Assembly: GCF_001194135.2 (NCBI RefSeq)
Contig: NC_068981.1
Location: 19,796,350-19,860,349 of the forward strand
DNA from: Octopus bimaculoides
Lineage: Eukaryota
Direction: 5' to 3'
Length of the DNA stretch: 64,000 bases
Under the pieces are notes generated by a model, which was not told where the DNA came from, made no database searches, and saw only the letters and a program-made list of their open reading frames with translations. The translations under genes were made by a program, and so were the position numbers. Position 1 is the first letter of the stretch; each line of letters opens with the position of its first letter. Shown piece after piece: positions 12,911 to 24,180 of the stretch.

Positions 12911-13135
12911 TCATCATCATCATCATCATCATCTTTTAATGCCCATCTTCCATGAGTTAGATGGGCATTAAAAGATGATGATGGTCTGAGAACTGCATTG
13001 TGATCTAGTGTTGACTTTTGGTATGATTTCTACAGCTTGATTCTCTTCCTAAAACCAACCACTTTACAGAATATATTGGGTAACTTTTTTGTGGCACCAG
13101 CATTAGTGAAGTTGCCTTACAACTTGCAAGACTAA
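12911..13135 (-). mobile_element. (GAT)n-tailed retroposon family D, containing an internal inversion
   Basis: catcatcatc tail and ttctacagcttgattctcttcctaaaaccaaccactttacaga match the other copies. Confidence 0.8.
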
Positions 13136-13186
13136 GATTTCTTTGAAAATAATTTAATAAGGGGGAGATGGTCTCCATTTCTCCAT

Positions 13187-13347
13187 CATGATCAGCTATA
13201 CCCGATTTATCAATATCTCCTCGTGTCACAGCTTTGCGATGTTCCTCTACCCTTATTTTGAGCAGGGTGGCATGTTTCGCCTTTGTATAACCTACCACAG
13301 CTGCATGGGATGGAGTACACGCAGTTTTTGGTCAAATCTCCTTCAGG
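13187..13347 (-). mobile_element. Penelope-like element GIY-YIG endonuclease remnant, frameshifted
   Basis: KNCVYSIPCSCGRLYKGETCHP then LKIRVEEHRKAVTRGDIDKSGIADH, matching the PLE pattern VY.IPC.CG..YIGET.R.L..R..EH. Confidence 0.88.
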
Positions 13348-13433
13348 TAAAACCACCAATAGAAGAGAATATGACCAAAAACTGCACGTACTCCATCCCA
13401 TGCCGCCGCCGTCATTGTCGTCGTCGTTGTCAT

Positions 13434-13640
13434 GGTGGCAAGCTGACAGAGTTGTTACTGTGACAGACAAAATGTTAAGCAGCATTTCTTCTAGCTCTGT
13501 GTTCTGAATTCAAATCCTGCCAAAGTTGCCATTCATCCTTTCAGAGTTGATAAAAATAAGTACTACTTAAAAACTTGGGTTGATGTAATCAACTTTCCCT
13601 ACTTTTAAAATTGCTGGTTTTGCGCTAAAGTTAGAAAGAA
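13434..13640 (+). mobile_element. Nin/Deu-domain-like SINE family N
   Basis: ttctgaattcaaatcctgcc...ttcatcctttcagagttgataaaaataagtac. Confidence 0.8.
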
Positions 13641-15538
13641 TTATTAATTTATTTATCAAATGATAACTAAAACGATTACTACCCGAGAATATGTTGTCTC
13701 TGAGTTCCAATTCAATTCTGCTCTGTGTGTATGTTTGTGTGATGTGCACATGTGTCTGTGTGTGTATGTGTATGTGGTGAAGGGTTTTAAATACATCAGG
13801 TGTGTTTGTTTATGAACTTCTCTTTCTACAACTTTGCTTTGCATTAATGCAAGAAATTTTATTTATATATTAATGTTTGTGTGGCTGATATATTATTCCT
13901 CTCTCTACACAACTTTTAAAACTATGTTTATGTTTCTTTCTTTGTCTTGTTTGCGTGTATACTTGCATACATTATAACGAACAAAAGAAAATGTACTCAG
14001 TACATACTATAGAGTATAGTTACATTTATACATTCTTTACTTAATTTTCATGGTTACTCTGTCATTCAGACAGCAATATGATGCATTGTAATGAAATGTA
14101 TCTTTTATTCGAAGTGACACTGGAACCCTATTAATTTTATGGGTGACCCAGATGTCATGTAATCATAAGGGGTAGTAATTCCCCTTGTGGCAACCTACAT
14201 GATCTGTTTTGATGTAGAATTAGTGAGGTCTCAATGCCACTTGAAATAAAGAAACATTTTATTTCAATGTAAAAATGCTGCCACCTGAATGGGCATGTAA
14301 ACATGAAACTTAAGTAACAGCATATGGTCTTAGCCAAATAAATATACTTATATATATATATCTATATATATTAATATACTTACATACACATACAGAAAAA
14401 TAATGATATATATATATATATATCTGCAGCTAAAATGAAGACACTAGAAAATAAAATCAAGCTACATATTGAAATAGTTCATAATATATTCTATATATTT
14501 GTGTGTGTGTGTGGTGTGTTGATTATGTGGATTTTTACCCCACCCCCCACTCTACTGTGCCACTCTTTAATATTTCTTTTTGAGACATTTCTCCATGAAT
14601 TATCTGAGTGAACAGAATTAGAAGAGGCAGTCCTAGTGTAAAAGAATCACCTTTGCTCACACAAGTGAAGAACATAACTTTCTTTCAGTAATCTTCCTTT
14701 GCTAACCAGTTAGTCTTTCTTCTAGCCGACATTTCCCCTCCATCTTGGTATTGCCATTACTTTAATAGAATGGTTTCTTTCACTAGCTTCTATATTTTTC
14801 TTACTTGCTTGAAAGAAAAAAATAAAAGAAAGTTTTTTTTTTCATGCATCACTGAAACTGCTTATTTCTATAGAGGGATGTGTTTTTGTCAAATTTGATT
14901 ATTGCTTAATATTTTGGACTGAATCTATCTAGTGCATAGTTGTTTTGCATTTCTTATATATATATATATATATTTTTTTTTTCTATTCATCTTTTGTCTT
15001 TTTTCTTGTCTTACTTTTCTCAATATTCTTTTAAGTCTGTTATTTATTTATATAGTTATTCATTTTTGTTTTTATTTACATATTTTGTTATTTTTTCCCC
15101 TTCATTTCATGTGTCTTTTATTGCCATAAATTGCCAGATCCATCTTTCTTGCTACAACTTTTAGATCTGAAATCTTGTGAAACATACATACATACATACA
15201 TACAATACATACATACATACATTCATACACACATATGCATATATAGATATATATATATGTATGTATATATATGAAAGAATAAATATTACTTGTTCTAGGG
15301 AGTTAGGGCAGGAGGGTGAGGTAGATTATTGAAGGAAAGAAAAGTGTAAAAAATGCCAGGAACAGGAAAAAGAAGATGGTATTAAGGAGTTCTAGTTAGC
15401 ACCTTGTTCTGTAATTGCAATATCTTATGGAGTACATTGATGTATATCGAGAGTAATACTTGAGATTGTGGGTCTGAATTGTTCATATACACACACACAC
15501 ACACACACACAAAGATAGATAGATAAAGATAGATAGAT

Positions 15539-15581
<43 letters not shown>

Positions 15582-16011
15582 TACACATGTGCAGATAAAT
15601 ATAGACATTCACAGAAACACACACTCATTGTTCATGTATGTACGTATGTAGGTATGTATACACATATATACATGAACAATGAGTGTGTATATCTATATAT
15701 CTATCTGCTTATGTATCTCTCTCTCTCTCTTACTCTCTTTCTCTCTCTCTTACTCCCTTTGTCTCTCTCTCTCTCTTACTCCCTTTCTCTCTCTCTGTAT
15801 ATATATATATAGTGCTGATCACTAGAGATCATGATTGCTTTCATAGTTATTTAACCACTACACTCCAAGCATCCCTTTGATGCAATAAGGATGCCCATGA
15901 CATTAAGTTTATATCTTTTTTTCTTTTTTTTTTTTCTGATTTCTCTTCTGTTTGTGATGACCTTACAGCATGGACAAGGTTAAGTGATTTGTTTTGTTTT
16001 GTTTCTTATAG

Positions 16012-16230
16012 GTAGTTTCAAGATGAGATCAGTCAGGATCTGCATGAACAGTCATTCAGAAGACATTCAAGTAACATGGCCTGTCTAATGTAGATTTTTC
16101 CTGATGAGATCTTTCATACTTGACTATCCTAGTATCTAGCTGTTAGGAACTAACAGGTTTTCATAATCAAGAAAGTGTCTCATCATGAAGCCATTGAGTG
16201 CTTTTACCTGACTACTGTACAGCATTCATG
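16012..16230 (+). other. Candidate non-coding or UTR exon
   Basis: Strong acceptor ttgttttgttttgtttcttatag and strong donor ATG|gtaaga; stops in all three frames. Confidence 0.3.
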
Positions 16231-16498
16231 GTAAGAGTGGATAGAATCTAGTACAAAACCTGTAAATTTCTAAATATGATAATTGTTCTGTAGTCATATA
16301 CGAGATATATGATTGTTGAAATGTGAGCTGTAGTCGTATACACAATTGTCTATTAATGTTGTGCCTGCTTTTGCCATCCTCTTTTGTTGCAAAGTGGCAA
16401 TACATGTTTTGATATTGATCTGCTAAATAAGTTGTGCAGTTCTCAAATTAATGCCATCAAGTATCAACCCTGATTCTTTATATTAACCATTCATCAGG

Positions 16499-16559
<61 letters not shown>

Positions 16560-16929
16560 AGTACACACACAAAAAAAAGGTGTGTGTGTGTGTATAATCC
16601 TTTGCTTGTTTCAGTCATTAGACTGCAACCATGCTATGAATATTATAAAGTTTTTAATACAGACATTGATTCTGATATTGAAATATTGATTTCTAATATT
16701 GAAACAAGGCAACACATTTTGAAAGAGAGAGAGAGAGGGGGGGAGCACAGTTGAGTATTAGGTTTCTCAGTACACCAATTGCTGTTACATCTTTTATCGA
16801 CTTCTTGATAGATGAAAATTCAAGTCAATTCTGGCAGTTTAAACTCAGTACTTAAAGGTATACAACAAAATTCCATAAATATTTTTTCCAACAAATTCTG
16901 CCCATCAACCATCTAATATCAAAAATACA

Positions 16930-17220
16930 TGCTAGTGCCTTGTAAAAAGCACTTATGCTAGTGCCACATAAAAGACACTCATGCTGGTGCCATATAAAAG
17001 CACTTGTGCTGGTACCATATAAAAAGCATCTGCCCTGGTGTCACATAAAAAGCACCAGTATGGTTTGTAAAGTGATTGGCATTAGAAAGGGCATCCAGTC
17101 ATAGAAACCTTGCCAAAACAGACAACTGGAGCCTGCTGCAGCTTTCCGGCTGGCCAGCTCCTGTGAAACCATCCAACCCATGCCAGCATGGAAAGCAGAT
17201 GTTAAATGAGGATGATGATG
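16930..17220 (+). mobile_element. Family D retroposon with about five tandem TGCTGGTGCCACATAAAAAGCAC units
   Basis: Tandem units of about 25 bp, then ggcattagaaagggcatccag...catgccagcatggaaagcagatgttaaatgaggatgatg. Confidence 0.85.
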
Positions 17221-17598
17221 TATATAAATAAACCTCATATCTTTACAAACTCTAATATGTAGTACACAAGTCAACATATTTCACATATTTCAAACCACAT
17301 ATTTCACTCGCAGTTGTGATTACACTACAGTAACTTCACAATCTTCACATTCAGGTGAAGTGTAAATGACTTTACATGTTGGTATGGATTAGGTAGATTT
17401 TCTGAGGCATTGTTTATTGGCCAGATGCCCTTTGTATTATGAACCCTCTTAGTTGTCTTTAATAACATGTAGAGACACAACATGTCTATTCTAAATCTAA
17501 GACATATACAGTACTAGGTGCAAATCAATATTTGTTTTTATTAAACTTTTAAAAATCTGCTTCCTCGTTCTTCTTGTTGTTGCTATTTAGTCCTAGAT

Positions 17599-18030
17599 AA
17601 GGTGGCGAGCTGGCAGAAACGTTAGCACGCCGGGAGAAATGTTTAGTGGTATTTTGTCAGCCGTTACGTTCTGAGTTCAAATTCCGCCGAGATCGACTTT
17701 GCCTTTCATCCTTTCGGGGTTGATAAATTAAGTACCAGTTATGCACTGGGGTCGATGTAATCAACTTAATCTCTTTGTCTGTCCTTGTTTGTGCCTTCTA
17801 TGTTTAGCCCCTTGTGGGCAATAAAGAAATAAGAAACGTTAGCACACCAGGCAAAATGCTTAGCAATATTTCATCTGTCTTTACATTCTGAATTCAAATT
17901 CCGCCGAGGTCCACTTTGCCTTTCATTCTTTCAGGGTTGATAAATTAAGTACCAGTTGCATACTGGAGTCGATCTAATCCACTGTCCCTTCCCCCAAAAT
18001 TTCAGGCCTTGTGCCTAGAGTAGAAAAGAA
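17599..18030 (+). mobile_element. Dimeric Nin-domain SINE inserted into a family C copy
   Basis: Two GTTCAAATTCCGCCGAG...GCCTTTCAT(C/T)CTTTC(G/A)GGGTTGATAAATTAAGTACCAG monomers; 13-bp TSD tatttagtcc(t/c)ag at 17584-17596 and 18031-18043. Confidence 0.9.
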
Positions 18031-18179
18031 TATTTAGTCCCAGGTCAATCTTTGATGAGCAAACCTATAATCATATACTTTGAGCAATCAATCTGTTTTG
18101 ATGTTACGTGTGTGTGTGTCTCTTTTCCTTACTATTGTTATTATTTTTTAAATGATGGGGGTGGGTAATTTAATTTTTG

Positions 18180-18390
18180 GTTCTGATTTAGGCACAAAGC
18201 CAGTAGTTTTGAGGGGAGAGCTTTAGTCAGTCATATTGATCACAGGGTGTGATTGGTACTTTATTTCATCAAAAAGATTAAAGGCAAAGTTCAATAGGAT
18301 TTAAACCCAGAGAATGTAGAGTCAGAACACATGCAACAAGGACATTTTTTTTTCCTGATGTTCTAATGATTCTGCCAGCTCACAGCCTTG
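18180..18390 (-). mobile_element. Family N SINE, old copy, inverted relative to the dimer
   Basis: Reverse complement reads aaggctgtgagctggcagaatcattag...tttgcctttaatc...aaagtaccaat. Confidence 0.75.
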
Positions 18391-18499
18391 TAGGCCTTTA
18401 AAATAATATCATTCTATGTGCATCATCTTGTCAGTGAATTAGTTCTTGCTAATCACATCTAACATGAAGTCACTGACTAACCAATAAGGAAGATTTTAT

Positions 18500-18680
18500 A
18501 TGGTGTCTCACCTTGCTAGAAGTAGCAGGTACATCTCCCTTGAAAGAGAAATGGGATATATTGGATAGTGTAGCTCTATGTACACCATGTCTTAGCATAA
18601 GATGGAATGACTACTGCTGGAACACCTTTAATCATGGATCTTCTTTAGAGTTGGCCTGGTCTTGAACAATAACTAACTCC
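18500..18680 (+). mobile_element. Family C repeat
   Basis: ccttgctagaagtagcagg...gctggaacacctttaatcatgg. Confidence 0.6.
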
Positions 18681-19282
18681 TAACATCCACTTAGCTATCT
18701 GTCTATGAAACAAAAAACAAAATAACAAAGCCAAGGAAATAATATTAATTTAAAGAGTTTATTAAACATTATATATTTTCCATTTTGTTTAAAAAGCTTA
18801 GTGGCAGCAACTCCTTTGAAAGTCAATTTACTTGTGATTTATTTATTTTTTGGTGATTAAGAAGTATTTAGTAAGGTTTTTAAATGTAAAATAACCCTAA
18901 TCTATTTTAATTTATTAGTCGTTAACTCTTATTGAAATTGATATCTGGCAGATTTTAAGTTCTCCTTGTCATTGTGATAAAATAATTAGGAGAAATAATT
19001 AGAATCATTGATTAGTCAACATAATGCAAGTTTAATCTGTTTATATTTGACTGATCTCAAGTATGACTCACTGATCTTGAGTGACTCTAAGATTCCTTTT
19101 GATACTGAGCTGAAGATTTTTCCTTAAGTGTTCTAAGTTGCATTAAAAATATAATTGACACATTGACTTAGAAATTACTAAAATGTTAATGATATTATCT
19201 TTTATTATTTTTAAAATTCCTGGTGGTGTTTTCCATTCAAATTCAATAGACTTTTTTCTCCTTTTCTATTTTATTATCACAG

Positions 19283-20760
19283 TCGCATTGTTGGAATAAG
19301 ATCTGTGTCTATCAATCAGAGCTCTTAAAGAGAAATCCTTAATGAAAGATCTCATCTTCAATCACAACCAAAGTGGATTTTTCGTGATCTTTAAATGTTG
19401 CCATAATTTTAGCTTGTTGATTTCCTTTTGTTAAATTCTGTTGAGAATTTAACTCAGTTACAGCACATGAAGCATCGATTCCACCCCTCCCCCCGTAAAC
19501 AATGACTGTTTTCTTTTAGAAATTTAGTTTATGTTATGACTTAGCATTGTTTCCTCGTGTTCATTGTTATTGTTATTTACTATTGTGTGATGTGTGTACT
19601 GGAGGGAAGTCGCTCACTTCAACTTACTCATGCAAACACTAGAACATTCTTAGGGCATTATTTATTGCTCTGTTATTGTTACTGTTATTGTTATTGTCTA
19701 TATTGTTTGTCTCTGTTGTTTTACTTCATTCCAGACTTGAATAAATATCTATTTATACAGCTCAAAAATTACTCTTTCATCCAATTTCCTTTTATGAGGA
19801 AAGTCTATTTTCATTATATGTAAAATATTTTGGTATTTTGTCTTACTCTTTGGAACAATGCTTGTTGACTGTTTCTTGCTTTTTCGAGGTTAGCTTTAAT
19901 ATTTAGTTGATTTTAGGATTTTCAAATAATCATATATAAAGCATTTTACATAAAATAACCAAACACTTCAAGTATTTTCTTTTGAGATATAGAAAACTTA
20001 CCAGATTCTTTGCATATGTATATTTACTCTGCAAAAAGATAAAAAAATAAATATATAAAATATTAAAAAAAAAGATTATAAAAAAATCAGATTTATCCTC
20101 TTGTTTTGTCATATTTTGTCTTTAGCTGTAACATTACAGTTTTCAAATGAAATTCTTGAACGATCAATACTTAAATCTTCTGATTTTGTTTAATTCTTAA
20201 TACAAGGAAAATAGAACATGCCGAAAATGTATATTCATTTCAAACAATGATTTTCATCTATATTTGATATCAAGAAAATGGTTGATTGGTACTAAATTTG
20301 ATTCACTGAGAGACAAGCTTATTAAGTCAACTTAGTGTGATCTGCTCAATACCTCTCATAATTGTGATGACTCTACAAACATTATTTGATTATTGCAAAA
20401 TGAATTTAGGATAAATATATTTTAAAACATGTTACTTGTGTAAGAATACGCTTTCTCTATAATAGACGCTTGCATAAAAGCATGAAAAACATACCACCAA
20501 TATACATGATATTTTAAAAAGTGATTGGTTTTATGCGTGTGTGTGTGTGGTGCATGTGCATATGTACATGTACACAAGCACACATGCACGTAAGTATCTA
20601 TTGAATTTCAAAGTCATTCCAGTTTATCATGATTTACTTAAAAAAAAAAAACTCACTAAGTCATATGTCTAGATTTATTATATTTATTTATTTATATATT
20701 TAATACATTTTACATCAACATTTTTCCATATTCTTGTCAGAAATCTTGAAATAAAATTGA
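19283..20760 (+). other. Candidate terminal exon or 3'UTR
   Basis: Strong acceptor ttttctattttattatcacag, early stops in all frames, then about 1.4 kb of SINE-free AT-rich sequence ending near AATAAA at about 20751. Confidence 0.2.
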
Positions 20761-21561
20761 ACAAAAGTCTTTTACTTCACTTTCATATTTACCAAATGCA
20801 AGTACGGAAAAACGGACGTCAAATGATGTTGATGGTGGTGGTGGTGATGGTGGTGGTGGTGGTGGCGGTGGCGGTGGCGATGGTAGCGGCAGTGGTGTTC
20901 ACCTTCCTCTCCCATCTTGTTCTTCAAACTTGTGTTATTTAATGATGTATCTGCGTACATTGCATGTGTATTTTGTGTGTGAGTGTAAGACAGTGCATAT
21001 GTGTGCATCTGTGTGTTTTTGCTTGCAAGTTTGTATTTCAATATGTGTTTGCATATATGTGTATGTTGTATGTATAAAGTGTGTTTATGAGTGTGTGTGT
21101 ATGCTAGGTTTTTATCCGTGTGTGTATGTGTGTGTGCATGTCTTTATGTGTGTGTGTGAATTCATGTTTGAGTGTATTGTATGTTTTTGTTTATGATTGC
21201 ATGTGTGAGTGCATTTATATATATGTTCTGTGTATGTATGTACATGAATATGTGTATGTGTTTGCACCCATGCGCTGATTTGTGTGCATATATGTGTCTA
21301 TGTCTCTTTGTGTTATGTGTCTGTGTCTCTTTGTATTTGTGTTGTGTGCATGTATCAGTGTGTATGTTTGCATGTATGTGTGTGCAGGTTGATGCAGATG
21401 TAAAGTTAAAGTGATTGGTTGGCAATAGAAGTGGGCTTTTTTCCAATAGACTTGCTGATACATTAGCACAGTTACATCTGTGTTTCAGAATCCAAATCAC
21501 ACATATATAGACATGTATGCGTTCATGCATGTATGCGTGTGTGCATGCGCGTTTGTGTGTG

Positions 21562-21593
<32 letters not shown>

Positions 21594-22847
21594 TTCTATA
21601 CATATATATATACATATCTCACCAACTGATATCTAATTAACACTCGAAATAGGAACATCGCTACGTATATCAATTTATATATGTGAATGCTATCTTATCA
21701 GGTTCCCATCACATGGGTGAATATGTGTTTTTAGCTGGAAACATAGCAACAGTGCTGTATCTATATCCATGCCATCATCAGGGGACTAAAACAAAGAGAT
21801 AATGTTGCAGATTTTACCTCTGTTTATGCTTATCTGAGAAAAAAAAGGAAATGGACATATATGACAGAAGCCAGAAAACTGCAAAATCTGCTATAGTTAC
21901 TCAGTGTAAAAGCTTTATGAGAATTCAAATGATTGAAACCAAAATTTAAAATAACATTTGAGATCAACTTACAAAAGGCAACCATGATTCTGATAATACT
22001 GAAATAAAATCGCTTTGTATAATAGAAACTATTTTATTGTGGAGAGAATTTAGTAAAGAAGTCTATGAATGTTAGAAGTACAAAAATTATTCAATACTTA
22101 TTCACTAACTGAAATTTAATTAACACTTACTGAAATTTAATTAACACTGGAAGTACGAACAAACCCCATTACACACTTCAATTCATATATGTAAACATCA
22201 ACTTAGATTCCCAACATAGCGCAAATTCATGTTTGTATCTTAATAGCATAACTTTTTCAGTTTCTCTTATTTGTTATAAGTACATTGTAGTTTCTTTGAA
22301 ACATTAAATTTTGAAAACCATCATCAATGTTTCTACACTTTATCACTATCATCTTCAGAACAAAGCAATGAACCACAAGTCTCTAAGTTTATAAACAATG
22401 AATAATATGATCAATATGTTTGATTGCAAATTTGAAAGTTGTAAACTTCACAACACTACTTGTAATATTTGTCATATATTGCCTCATGAAATAGGCACCT
22501 TGGGAATTTAAGAACGCACAAAAACTCAAAAACTTCTTGCTTGATTCTTCAGTGTATAGTTTATTATGAAGCATCCAAAAATTCTGTTACACTTTCTCAA
22601 TTTGGTCACTGATACAATTTCAGATGCAGCAGAATTATCAGTAATCAAGGTATAGAAACGTAACATAATGTTTTAACAACTTGAAACAGAGAAATAAGAC
22701 ATACAGGCAAAGTGAATATAATGTTCTTTGTGTGCTCTTAATGGTTAAAATGACTGTCCAATAATGTAATTGTTATAGTTTCAACACATGGCCTCAGATG
22801 AAGTCACTCGACCAACTGTGCAGCTCTCTTTCTTTCTCATTGTACAA

Positions 22848-22907
22848 CATCATCATCATCATCATCATCATCATCAACACCATCATCACCATCATCACCA
22901 TCATCAC

Positions 22908-22940
<33 letters not shown>

Positions 22941-23171
22941 TGTTTAATGTCCTCCTTCCATGGTGGCATGGGTTGGGCAGTTTGACAGGAGATGGCCAGG
23001 CAGACACTTTTGTCATACTTTTGTGTCTATTTTGGCATGGTTTTTCTGGCTGGATGTCCTTCCTTACACCAACCACTCTGCAGAGTAGGGTGAGTGCTTT
23101 TTATGTGGTACTGAACCTGGAACCATGTGGTTGGTAAGCAAGCTACTTACCACATAGCCACTCCTGCGCCT
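22848..23171 (-). mobile_element. Chimeric SINE: family A tRNA head joined to a family D tail, with long (GAT)n
   Basis: Minus strand reads ggcgcaggagtggctatgtggtaagtagc...ggttcagt|accacataaaaagcac...ggaaggacatccag...aaacaatgatgatg. Confidence 0.8.
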
Positions 23172-23294
23172 ATGTCAAAATTATGTGATTTAGCAGTTAT
23201 GTTTCCCATAGCAGATGATTATCATCTGCCAATGACATAAATATGTGTGCTTTTATGCAACATGTGTCCATTGTGTTCAAACAAAACATCCATG

Positions 23295-23551
23295 TTAAGC
23301 AGGATGTACCAGTTAGAACTAGCTTTTGCCCTTCTTGAAGGGATGGTAAGCCAGGAATCATTCTCAAGTAATTTTCAGTTCTATTCTTGATCATTCCTAA
23401 TGCTCCTATAATCACTGGTATTGTACCCACCTTGAGATACCACATTTTTTAAATTTCAATGAGCAAATCTTTATATTTTCTGAGCTTGTCAAATACTTTT
23501 GCTGTAATATTAGGCTCACAAGGGATACTTATGTCAATGAAAAAACAGACT
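23295..23551 (-). mobile_element. R4/Dong-like RLE-type non-LTR retrotransposon C-terminus, 5'-truncated
   Basis: CFFIDISIPCEPNITAKVFDKLRKYKDLLIEI*KMWYLKVGTIPVIIGALGMIK...IPGLPSLQEGQKLVLTGT matches the restriction-like endonuclease C-terminal pattern KYKDL.IEI..MW...T.PV.IGALG. Confidence 0.85.
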
Positions 23552-23553
23552 TT

Positions 23554-23604
<51 letters not shown>
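23554..23604. repeat. (ATC)n microsatellite
   Basis: Direct. Confidence 0.95.
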
Positions 23605-23772
23605 GTTGTACTAGAAACGTTCATCTTCGTCATAGTACTTTTTAAATTATTAAGGTTAAAAAAAAAATAAACAGAAATCAGGAAACCAACCCTGATTACA
23701 ATATTTAATTAACCAAGTTAGTCAAACAGTTTTATGTGTTCTTTCTAATTAGAAGTGTTTGAGAGTTTCACT

Positions 23773-24180
23773 TCTTGACTTTATATTTTTTATAAACTTC
23801 TAGATATCTTTTGTTGACTTCTAAATATTTTTTTGTTGTCATTTAACTATATTTTGTTGTCACCAAGATATATACTTTTTGACTTCTAAATATCATTTGT
23901 TGTCATCTAAATATATTTTCTTGACTTCTAGATAATTTGTAAACTTCTAAATGTTTTTTGTTGTCCTACAAATATCTTTTGTTAACTTCTAAACTAATTT
24001 TTGCTCATTTCTGGAATATCTTTTATCCTTAACTCAGATAACTGTTGGTGTCATCAAATTATATTTTTGCTAACTTCTCAATATATTTTACTAACTTATA
24101 AACATCTTCTGTTGGCATTTGTATATTTTCTTGTCATTTAAATACATTTTGTTGTCAGCTAAATATGTATTTTGTTAAAT
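23773..24180. repeat. Degenerate 21-22 bp minisatellite, consensus about TTTTGTTGACTTCTAAATATAT
   Basis: Recurrent ttgttgacttctaaatat / ttgttgtcatctaaatat units. Confidence 0.8.

Noticed and set aside
15953-16104. C/D snoRNA-like GTGATGA...CTGA
   Set aside because: Spacing is long, there is no terminal stem, and it overlaps a splice acceptor
22250-22660. Possible decayed hAT transposase on the minus strand (LITDNSAA...GCFIINYTL)
   Set aside because: Motif resemblance is too weak, with many stops and no TIRs
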